NCBI GenBank assembly: GCA_020635395.1
Contig: JACJZV010000004.1
Span: 159,429-223,428, forward strand
Origin: Flavobacteriales bacterium
GTDB lineage: Bacteria > Bacteroidota > Bacteroidia > NS11-12g > UBA9320
Direction of reading: 5' to 3'
DNA: 64,000 nt
Below the pieces are notes generated by a model. That model had not been told where the DNA came from, made no database searches, and saw only the letters and a program-made list of their open reading frames with translations. The position numbers and the translations under genes were made by a program. Below, in pieces: positions 51,553 through 59,403 of this stretch (positions are counted from its first letter, which is position 1; the number at the start of each line of letters is the position of its first letter).

Positions 51553-51670
51553 TATGTCAAAGATAGGTTTTTTAACTTCTAATCAACAATACCCATAAAA
51601 AATCCACAATTCACTGTAACTTTTTTGATGCTTTGCTACCTTGCGGCTCAAACAAAAAAAACAGTAACGC

Positions 51671-54600
51671 ATGCCCGATTTTTGTCACCTTCATTGTCAT
51701 TCTCAATTTTCGTTGTTAGACGGGGCTGCCAGCATTCCGGGCATGATGGCCAAGGCAAAAGCCGACGGCATGAAAGCCGTGGCCCTTACCGACCACGGCA
51801 ATATGTTTGGTGTTTTTAAGTTTGTTACCGAAGCCGAAAAACATGGCATAAAACCCATTGTGGGCTGCGAATTTTACGTGGTGGAAGACCGACATAGACG
51901 CTCATTTACGGGTGGCGACCGCGACAATAGATACCACCAACTTATGTTGGCCAAAAACCAAGAGGGGTATAAAAATCTATCAAAACTTTGCTCTCTGGGT
52001 TTTATTGAAGGGCTATACGGAAAATACCCTCGTATTGATAAAGAACTAATCAAAAAATATAAAGATGGCATTATTGCCACCACCTGCTGCATTGGGGCGG
52101 AGGTGCCACAAGCCATTTTGCACAAAAGCGAAGAAGAGGCAGAAAAGGTATTTTTAGAATGGCTCGACATTTTTGGCGAAGATTATTACATAGAGCTGCA
52201 ACGCCACGATTTGAAAGACCTTGACCGAACAGGCAAAAGCCAAGAAGATGTAAATCAGGTGCTTTTAAAATGGAGCAAAAAATACAATGTTCCAGTTATT
52301 GCCACCAACGACTCTCACTATGTAAACGAGGAAGATTGGAACGCTCATGACATTTTGCTGTGCATAAACACCGGCGACTCGAAAGCTACACCAATTGGAG
52401 ACGGAAGAAATGAGCGATTTGGCTTTCCCAACAACCAGTTTTATTTTAAAACTCAGGCAGAGATGCTGCAAAAATTCAGCGATGTGCCTCATGCGTTGGA
52501 TAACACCAACCTTATCATTGATAAAATAACTCCGCCACAATTGCAACGAGATGTACTTCTCCCGCACTTTGTGCTGCCCCCGGGTTTTAAAACACAAGAT
52601 GAATATCTTCGATATTTGACTTATGAAGGAGCCAAAAAAAGATATGGAGAAATAACTGAAGAAATTAGAGAACGATTGGATTTTGAGCTTTCTGTTATCC
52701 AAAATACCGGATACCCTGGCTATTTCCTTATTGTGCAAGATTTTACCTCAGTTGCCCGCCAACTGGGAGTTTCTGTCGGTCCCGGTAGAGGCTCTGCCGC
52801 CGGTTCGGCGGTGGCCTATTGTGTGGGTATTACTAATGTGGACCCCATCAAATACGACCTTCTGTTTGAGCGTTTTTTAAATCCTGAGCGGGTTTCATTG
52901 CCCGATATTGATATTGACTTTGACGATGTTGGACGGGGCAAAGTAATTGACTATGTGGTTGACAAATACGGAAAACAGAATGTAGCACAGATTATAACGT
53001 ATGGCTCTATGGCCGCCAAATCTTCTATTAGAGATGTAGGACGAGTATTGGATTTGCCGCTTCCCATCGTGGACAAAATAGCCAAAAAGATTCCTGATAT
53101 TTCTTTAAAAAGCATTTTTAATGACGATATAAAAGTGCTGAAAGAAAGACTAAACTCCGACCAAATGCTGAATGTGGAGGAGTTAAGAACACTTTCGTCC
53201 GAAAAATCATTAGAGGGAGAAGTATTGCGGGAAGCCCAATTGCTGGAGGGTTCGGTCAGAAATACTGGCATACACGCTTGTGGTGTTATTATCACCCCCG
53301 AGGAGATTACCAATCTTATTCCGGTAACAACAGCCAAAGATTCGGATTTATTGGTAACCCAATTTGACAACAGTGTGGTGGAAAGTGCCGGATTGCTCAA
53401 AATGGACTTTTTAGGATTGAGGACTCTATCCATTATTAAAGATGCCATTGCACTTATAAAACAACGCTTTGGCATAGACATAGACCCTGACGAAATACCA
53501 TTAGAAGATGAAAAAACCTACGAACTGTTTCAAAAAGGCCAAACCATTGGCATTTTCCAGTTTGAAAGTGATGGTATGCAAAAACATTTGCGTGCTTTAA
53601 AACCCACCAAATTTGAAGATTTGATTGCCATGAACGCCCTTTATAGACCGGGGCCAATGGAATACATACCCAACTTTGTTGACCGAAAACACGGCAGAGA
53701 GGAAATTGTGTATGACGACCCCGACATGAAAGAGTTTTTGGAGGAGACTTATGGCATTACGGTTTATCAAGAGCAGGTAATGCTACTCTCGCAAAAGCTG
53801 GCCGGATTTAGCAAAGGCGAGGCCGACAACCTTCGGAAAGCCATGGGTAAAAAGAAGAAAGACATCATCGATAAGATGAAACCCGACTTCATAAAAGGTG
53901 CGGAAGAACGGGGCCACCAACCCACCGTGATGGAAAAAGTTTGGAAAGACTGGGAGGCCTTTGCGGCATACGCGTTCAACAAAAGCCACGCCACGTGCTA
54001 CTCAGTTGTGGCTTTCCAAACGGCCTATTTAAAAGCCCATTATCCGGCAGAATATATGGCGGCGGTGCTAACGCACAACATGAGCGATATAAAAAAACTT
54101 TCGATGTTTATGGAAGAATGCAAAAACATGAAAATCGAAGTTTTGAGTCCGGATATAAACGAAAGCCTTTTGTCGTTTTCGGTTAATAATGAGGGAAACA
54201 TACGGGTTGGAATGGCCGCAATAAAAGGCGTTGGCGAGGCTGCCGCTGAAGAAATTGTGCGAGAACGAAATGATAAAGGAGCTTTCGACTCCATTTTTGA
54301 CCTTACCAAACGGGTAAATTTAAGAACAGTAAACAAAAAATCACTCGAAGCATTGGCTCTTGCGGGTGCCTTCGACCGTTTTGAAGGTTGCTACCGCTCC
54401 ATGTTGGTAAGCGACAATAGCGAAACAAGCGGCATCGAACTCGCCCTAAAATTTGGCAACCAATATCAAGCCGAGCAATTGACATCGCAAGCCAGTTTGT
54501 TTGGTGGCGATTCAGGCGTTTCGCTGAGCGAGCCAAAACTTCCGGAAATTCCTCCATGGAATAAAATGGAAATGCTGAATCGCGAAAAAGAAGTAATAGG

Positions 54601-55210
54601 CATGTACATTTCAGGTCACCCATTGGATGCACATAAGACCGATATTGAGATTTTCTGTAATATGCAATTAGCAGATTTGACGGATGAAAACATTCAGAAA
54701 ATAAACAGACCCATAAAACTTGCTGGAATCGTTACGGTACACAACAGTCGCATAAACAAGTCCGGCAAAGCCTTTGGCATTTTCACCGTAGAAGATTACT
54801 CCGGGACATACGAATTTGCACTTTTTGGAGATGATTACGCCAAGTTTAGAGGATATCTTGCCCCAAATTCGATGCTGTATTTGACCGCAAAAACACAAGA
54901 CAGTTTTCGCGACCCTGGAAGAAAAGAAATTCGCCTGGTATCGATTGACTATTTGGAGGACATACGCGAAAAATATCTCGAAAAACTTACCTTAACTATT
55001 GATTTAGAAAAACTTGACGACAAAATGGTGACCGATTTGCACACCATTAATTCAGACAACAAGGGTACCACCAGTTTGGTGTTTGAAATACGAGACAAAG
55101 AGCTTCGCTACAAAATTGACCTGCTCAGTACCGGTCAAAAAATCAACGTCACCAACGAGTATATCTCCGAATTGCGGCGAATGGATTTGATGCCCAGGTT
55201 TAATGGGTGA
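51671..55210 (+). CDS. dnaE: DNA polymerase III subunit alpha
   Basis: 1179 aa. PHP domain FCHLHCHSQFSLLDGA, then GPGRGSAAGS, PDIDIDF and AFNKSHA motifs. Confidence 0.97.
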   Translation: MPDFCHLHCHSQFSLLDGAASIPGMMAKAKADGMKAVALTDHGNMFGVFKFVTEAEKHGIKPIVGCEFYVVEDRHRRSFTGGDRDNRYHQLMLAKNQEGYKNLSKLCSLGFIEGLYGKYPRIDKELIKKYKDGIIATTCCIGAEVPQAILHKSEEEAEKVFLEWLDIFGEDYYIELQRHDLKDLDRTGKSQEDVNQVLLKWSKKYNVPVIATNDSHYVNEEDWNAHDILLCINTGDSKATPIGDGRNERFGFPNNQFYFKTQAEMLQKFSDVPHALDNTNLIIDKITPPQLQRDVLLPHFVLPPGFKTQDEYLRYLTYEGAKKRYGEITEEIRERLDFELSVIQNTGYPGYFLIVQDFTSVARQLGVSVGPGRGSAAGSAVAYCVGITNVDPIKYDLLFERFLNPERVSLPDIDIDFDDVGRGKVIDYVVDKYGKQNVAQIITYGSMAAKSSIRDVGRVLDLPLPIVDKIAKKIPDISLKSIFNDDIKVLKERLNSDQMLNVEELRTLSSEKSLEGEVLREAQLLEGSVRNTGIHACGVIITPEEITNLIPVTTAKDSDLLVTQFDNSVVESAGLLKMDFLGLRTLSIIKDAIALIKQRFGIDIDPDEIPLEDEKTYELFQKGQTIGIFQFESDGMQKHLRALKPTKFEDLIAMNALYRPGPMEYIPNFVDRKHGREEIVYDDPDMKEFLEETYGITVYQEQVMLLSQKLAGFSKGEADNLRKAMGKKKKDIIDKMKPDFIKGAEERGHQPTVMEKVWKDWEAFAAYAFNKSHATCYSVVAFQTAYLKAHYPAEYMAAVLTHNMSDIKKLSMFMEECKNMKIEVLSPDINESLLSFSVNNEGNIRVGMAAIKGVGEAAAEEIVRERNDKGAFDSIFDLTKRVNLRTVNKKSLEALALAGAFDRFEGCYRSMLVSDNSETSGIELALKFGNQYQAEQLTSQASLFGGDSGVSLSEPKLPEIPPWNKMEMLNREKEVIGMYISGHPLDAHKTDIEIFCNMQLADLTDENIQKINRPIKLAGIVTVHNSRINKSGKAFGIFTVEDYSGTYEFALFGDDYAKFRGYLAPNSMLYLTAKTQDSFRDPGRKEIRLVSIDYLEDIREKYLEKLTLTIDLEKLDDKMVTDLHTINSDNKGTTSLVFEIRDKELRYKIDLLSTGQKINVTNEYISELRRMDLMPRFNG
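55095..55210 (+). repeat. direct repeat copy A = authentic 3' end of dnaE (last 37 codons + stop)
   Basis: 113/116 identical to 56623-56738, at an offset of exactly 1528 bp. Confidence 0.95.
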
Positions 55211-55294
55211 TTGAACCAAAAAATTATTTCGCAGCTATTGAGTCTGATAAATTTATGCTATGGTATTAAAAATTGACGTACCAAAAAAAGAGAA

Positions 55295-55323
55295 TACTTT
55301 TGTGTAAACATAGAACGTTCTAT
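55295..55323 (+). promoter_or_regulatory. candidate promoter -7 box (TACTTTTG) followed by 14-bp perfect palindrome ATAGAACGTTCTAT
   Basis: TACTTTTG is at 55295-55302. The palindrome at 55310-55323 would lie just downstream of the predicted transcription start, an operator-like position. Confidence 0.35.
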
Positions 55324-55449
55324 TAATCAATTCCTTCGGATTGTTAAAATTTATCAAAATTTAAGAATGAGAAAATTAGGAAGAATAAGGAGTGCAAATA
55401 ACAAGTCTAATATATTACCTCGCAATCAATCAACCCAAAATATTATTTA

Positions 55450-56592
55450 ATGCAGAACCTGTATCCAAAAAAATTGATGAAAAACTTCTTGGTAATAAGA
55501 CAAGAGTCCGATGAGCGTAGATGCCTAACAAATCGTACCCTCAAAAAATCCACAATTCTCGGTATTTTTTTGTTTCATTCTCTTCTCATTCAAGCTTTTA
55601 GCATTGATTCCTTGTTAAATGCCCCCATTAATTTAGATTCAAACGTACAGGTCTATTACGAGCATTTTAATAAGGGTCGGATGCAAGTTTTTCATAAGAA
55701 CTACGATTCGGCATCCTATTATTTCTATGAGGCATTCAAAGTTCATAAGGAGTTTGGGTTACATATTCAGTACTTTGTAAATGTTGAAATTTATTTTGCT
55801 CCAAATCCAGACGAGAAAAAACTAAAAGACTATATCCAAGAATACTTAACCTATTTCATTGATTACAAAACAAGCACATTTTTAAATGCTGAGCGAAGAG
55901 CCAAATTACCACTTTCGGTTCTCGAATATGTTGATTCGAATAAAGACAACTGGAGAATGACTTTTTTAATGAATCATGATGTAAATGCAGCTCGAAGTGT
56001 TCGGTATTACGATATTATCGACCAATTTCTTAGAATAAATGTTTACAAACATATCGATAGTACTACGCGAGTTGAAATATTAAAAAATCCAACTCAAGAT
56101 ATAATGACCTTAAATACTGCCCTATACACTTCCTTTGACAAAACCTCGCAAAAATACATTTTGAATTACGTTGAGGAATTTGGTTATCCCAAAGAAAGGA
56201 GAGAATTTGGCAGTATAGCTTATGCTGATTTTTACTTGCTTATGCGTCATTGTTTTTCAAAAAGAAGTGACACCGCCGTATTAAACATGATACTGACTGC
56301 CATGATCAAAGGTGTGGAGAAAGGATATCTCTCCAATGATTATTTTGCATCTTGCGTTGACTATGATTTTGGGTTTGACCCGGCAACTGGGTACAGAAAA
56401 CATTACTATGGTTCATTGCCTTTTGTTGGATATGGGTTATCCGAGAAAAGACAATACTACAATCTTGCAAAAGTGGACGAAATGCGAAAAAAAATTGGCT
56501 TACTAACTTTGTATGAGGAAGCCATGCTTCAAAACGAATTGGATGACTTACCTGCCGAATATATAGCTCAATACGGTGACACTAATCGGTAA
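55450..56592 (+). CDS. hypothetical protein carried by the dnaE-flanking islet
   Basis: 380-aa ORF with an N-terminal hydrophobic segment STILGIFLFHSLLIQAFS. Tyr/Phe-rich with no catalytic motif recognised. Alternative start MKNF at 55477. Confidence 0.6.
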   Translation: MQNLYPKKLMKNFLVIRQESDERRCLTNRTLKKSTILGIFLFHSLLIQAFSIDSLLNAPINLDSNVQVYYEHFNKGRMQVFHKNYDSASYYFYEAFKVHKEFGLHIQYFVNVEIYFAPNPDEKKLKDYIQEYLTYFIDYKTSTFLNAERRAKLPLSVLEYVDSNKDNWRMTFLMNHDVNAARSVRYYDIIDQFLRINVYKHIDSTTRVEILKNPTQDIMTLNTALYTSFDKTSQKYILNYVEEFGYPKERREFGSIAYADFYLLMRHCFSKRSDTAVLNMILTAMIKGVEKGYLSNDYFASCVDYDFGFDPATGYRKHYYGSLPFVGYGLSEKRQYYNLAKVDEMRKKIGLLTLYEEAMLQNELDDLPAEYIAQYGDTNR

Positions 56593-56622
56593 AGATAAGA
56601 TGTTTGTTATTATTAAAACTAT

Positions 56623-56738
56623 ACAAAGAGCTTCGCTATAAAATTGACCTACTCAGTACCGGTCAAAAAATCAACGTCACCAACGAGTATATCTCCGAAT
56701 TGCGGCGAATGGATTTGATGCCCAGGTTTAATGGGTAA
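56623..56738 (+). repeat. direct repeat copy B = orphan duplicate of dnaE 3' end
   Basis: Encodes the identical 37-aa DnaE C-terminus (KELRYKIDLLSTGQKINVTNEYISELRRMDLMPRFNG) plus a stop. It differs from copy A only at 56639, 56651 and 56737, all synonymous. Confidence 0.95.
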
Positions 56739-56739
56739 T

Positions 56740-56761
56740 CCTTAACTGTGAATTGTTAAGG
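56740..56761. terminator. weak hairpin between distal dnaE-end copy and convergent flotillin gene
   Basis: CCTTAAC-tgtgaatt-GTTAAGG 7-bp stem with no clear T-run. Confidence 0.3.
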
Positions 56762-56767
56762 TAACTC

Positions 56768-58177
56768 CTATTCCGTTTTCGGCGGATTCTTTTTAGAAGC
56801 TGATTTTGGAGTTTTTTCCTCTAAATCTTTGCCTTTTAAATATTCAGGCAACTGCATTCCGGCCATATTCAACAAGTCTTGAAGTGGTGGCACAGATTTA
56901 TACATACCCGACAGAAAGTTACTCGTAGAGTTTGTTCCATCTTCATTTTTGCCACTATCCCATACAGTAACCTTGTCAATTTTAATATTGCTAATGGCTT
57001 TTGCCTGAAGCTCAACCAATTCATGCAATTTGTCGGCAATGAGCAGCAAAACAGCATCTTTTGGATCTTTGCCTGCCGCACTTACAAGTTGCTCAAATCC
57101 TTTTGCCTGTTTTGTAAGCATTTCAAAATTACCCTTTGCTTCGGCTTCCAACTTCATAAATATGGCATCAGAGTCACCTTTCGCCACACGCCTTATCTGC
57201 TCCGCTTGAGCCTCAGCCGAAATTTCAATTTTCTCTTTATCAATTTGTGCAGGAACCACCACATTGGCATACTGGGTTGCCTTTTCTCTTTGTGCACGGG
57301 CATTTTCGGCCTCCTTCTCAGCCGCATACGCCTCCTCTAATGCTTTGGCCGCCTGCACTTTTTCGGTGGCAATGGCCATTTTCTCGGCTTCTGCTTCTCT
57401 CTGTCTTCTCAATGCATCCGAGTTGGCCACTTTAATTTTTGCAAGGTTCTCCCCTTCTACAGCCATCGCATTTGCATCCGACACCTTTATTCTTTGCTCT
57501 TGCAGGGCAACCGCTTCACCGATAGAACCATCTCTATTTTTTTCGGCTACACTTTTCTTTGCATCGTTTATAGCTTTGGCCGCGGCTTCTTTACCCAACG
57601 CCTCAATATACCCCGACTCATCTCGAATGTCGGTTAGGTTCACGTTTATCAATTTTAGTCCAACTTTTTTTAGCTCTGCCTCCACATTTGAACTGACATT
57701 GGCCAAGAATTTATCCCTATTGTTATTTATTTCTTCAATATCCATGGTGGCAACCACCAAACGCAATTGGCCAAAAATTATATCTAAAGCCAAGTTGTGA
57801 ATGCTATCTTTTGTCAATCCTAACAAACGTTCGGCAGCATTTTCCATTACCCCCGGTTCGTTTGATATACCTATGGTAAACCGAGAAGGTACATCCACCC
57901 GAATATTCTGCTTACTCAATGCATTGGTAAGGTTTACTTCGATGGATAAAGGGGTCAAATCAAGAAACGCATAATCCTGTATTACCGGCCAAATAAATGC
58001 TGCCCCACCATGAATACATTTTGCGGTACGGTTTAGTTTATCTCCATCTTTTCCCACCTTTCCATATACCACCAAAATTCTGTCAGAAGGGCAGCGTTTA
58101 TATCGTCTCAGAAGAGAAAAAATGAGGATAAATACAAATAAAACAGCTGCTACAATTGCTATTGCTATAGTCTCCAT
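56768..58177 (-). CDS. flotillin family (SPFH/band 7) protein
   Basis: 469 aa. N-terminal TM segment, SPFH domain, then a long Ala/Glu-rich coiled coil (AEAEKMAIATEKVQAAKALEEAYAAEKEAENARAQ), as in YqiK/FloT. Confidence 0.9.
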   Translation of the reverse strand: METIAIAIVAAVLFVFILIFSLLRRYKRCPSDRILVVYGKVGKDGDKLNRTAKCIHGGAAFIWPVIQDYAFLDLTPLSIEVNLTNALSKQNIRVDVPSRFTIGISNEPGVMENAAERLLGLTKDSIHNLALDIIFGQLRLVVATMDIEEINNNRDKFLANVSSNVEAELKKVGLKLINVNLTDIRDESGYIEALGKEAAAKAINDAKKSVAEKNRDGSIGEAVALQEQRIKVSDANAMAVEGENLAKIKVANSDALRRQREAEAEKMAIATEKVQAAKALEEAYAAEKEAENARAQREKATQYANVVVPAQIDKEKIEISAEAQAEQIRRVAKGDSDAIFMKLEAEAKGNFEMLTKQAKGFEQLVSAAGKDPKDAVLLLIADKLHELVELQAKAISNIKIDKVTVWDSGKNEDGTNSTSNFLSGMYKSVPPLQDLLNMAGMQLPEYLKGKDLEEKTPKSASKKNPPKTE

Positions 58178-58198
58178 GTTATTATTTTATAGTTAAAA

Positions 58199-58777
58199 TT
58201 AAAATTGTTTTGTTACAGTTAGAATGTTGTTATTGCTCACCTCAACCACCTTTACAAGAGAGCCAGTCGCCGCATCTTCCTCATCATTGGTCATGGCTTC
58301 CAACTCACGCAGAGAACCTTGAATTTTTATATGAATCTTTCCAAAACCGCCTTTTGATTTGGGAATGGTAAGATAAACTTCCCCCTGAGCACCCAGGGCA
58401 TTTTTCAAATCAAGACTACCATCTTCTGCCAATTTGCTGGTATAGTAGAATATGGCCGCCATAATCGTCATCATCAACAACCCGGCCACCACCGACACCA
58501 AAACCGAAAGCCCGTCGCCAAGGCCATTGCCCAAGCAAGCAATGCCTACCCAGCCAAATATCGTAAAAAAAGCAATAAGGTTTTTTAGCGTAAAAAATTG
58601 AAAGCCCATGCCGTGGTCGCCATCTACCTCGCTATCCACATCCAAATGAGAATCCTCCAAATCTCCACCACCAAAAAAGGTTAAAACCATTTGAAACAAA
58701 AAGAATAAACTGGCTGTTGCGGCAATAATCCAATATATTTGCTCAAGTTTAGTTAGTTCCGACCACCATACATTCAT
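58199..58777 (-). CDS. NfeD/YqiJ-like membrane protein, partner of flotillin
   Basis: 192 aa with three to four TM segments, an acidic loop, and a C-terminal OB-like soluble domain (GEVYLTIPKSKGGFGKIHIKIQGSLRELEAMT). Immediately upstream of flotillin, as in yqiJ-yqiK. Confidence 0.7.
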   Translation of the reverse strand: MNVWWSELTKLEQIYWIIAATASLFFLFQMVLTFFGGGDLEDSHLDVDSEVDGDHGMGFQFFTLKNLIAFFTIFGWVGIACLGNGLGDGLSVLVSVVAGLLMMTIMAAIFYYTSKLAEDGSLDLKNALGAQGEVYLTIPKSKGGFGKIHIKIQGSLRELEAMTNDEEDAATGSLVKVVEVSNNNILTVTKQF

Positions 58778-58978
58778 ATTAAATTCGCTTTAGTAATTGC
58801 ACAAATATAACCGAAATAAAGTATCAAAAGTTACAAAAATCAAATCTTCCATTGGGTAACACAGTCTGAACCCATAGTGTAACTACGACCAAACAACAAC
58901 GACTAAACAAAAGGTAAAACCAATTCAGTAGCATTCCAAAAAAACTCATAAAAACTATGGGAATAATACTAAAAAAAC

Positions 58979-58986
58979 TATTTTTG
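58979..58986 (+). promoter_or_regulatory. candidate -7 promoter box for rpsO
   Basis: TATTTTTG ending 45 nt before ATG 59032. Confidence 0.3.
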
Positions 58987-59031
58987 CCGACTTATTTACA
59001 CAAGAGACGAAAAAGAATTAGTTACGTTAAC

Positions 59032-59301
59032 ATGAGATTAACAGCAGAAATTAAAAAAGAAATGTTTACCGAGCACGGTGGAGATAATAAAAACACCGGA
59101 AATTCGGAAGCTCAAGTTGCGATGTTTACCCACCGCATTAAGCACCTAACCGAACACTTAAAGGTGAACAAAAAAGATTATTCAGCCGAAAAAAGTTTGA
59201 TTGCTCTGGTTGGTAAAAGAAGAGCCTTGCTCAATTACATTGCCAAAAAAGACATTTTCCGTTACAGAGAAATTGTTCAAAAACTTGGTTTAAGAAAATA
59301 A
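59032..59301 (+). CDS. rpsO: 30S ribosomal protein S15
   Basis: 89 aa from the internal ATG, with GNSEAQVAMFTHRIKHLTEHLK.NKKD..S...L..LVGKRR.LL.Y. The track's N-terminal extension is not S15-like. Confidence 0.93.
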   Translation: MRLTAEIKKEMFTEHGGDNKNTGNSEAQVAMFTHRIKHLTEHLKVNKKDYSAEKSLIALVGKRRALLNYIAKKDIFRYREIVQKLGLRK

Positions 59302-59326
59302 AACACGCTATGTGTTAAACTCAAAA

Positions 59327-59362
59327 AAAGACCTTCGCAGCACTTGCCAAAGGTCTTTTTTT
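59327..59362 (+). terminator. rpsO terminator / rpsO-pnp intergenic hairpin
   Basis: AAAGACCTT-14 nt loop-AAGGTCTTT followed by T-rich TTTTGTTGTT. Confidence 0.6.
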
Positions 59363-59403
59363 GTTGTTATGCAATCAGATTTTTTATCCTTATTTAATTT
59401 ATT

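Larger units (their letters stand above)
55095..56738 (+). mobile_element. putative integrated single-gene islet bounded by 116-bp direct repeats of the dnaE 3' end (no recombinase gene present)
   Basis: Direct repeats at both ends. The interior is AT-rich and has its own -7 box, a palindrome and one orphan ORF. The hairpin that would terminate dnaE follows only the distal repeat. Confidence 0.45.

Noticed and set aside
52265-53481. Long reverse-strand ORFs (157 and 176 aa) inside dnaE
   Set aside because: They are antisense to a gene with unambiguous DnaE motifs, and their composition is Ser/Ile/Phe-rich with no recognisable domain.
55095-56738. Search for an integrase, transposase or terminal inverted repeats that would make the islet a conventional IS or integrative element
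   Set aside because: None was found. The only ORF has no recombinase motifs and the ends are direct rather than inverted repeats, so it is reported as an unexplained islet rather than a named mobile element class.
57264-57800. 178-aa plus-strand ORF (and neighbours 56879-57340, 57247-57435) opposite the flotillin gene
   Set aside because: These are an artefact of the Ala/Glu/Lys-rich coiled-coil coding region, whose complement is stop-poor and gives Ala/Ser/Phe-rich pseudo-proteins.
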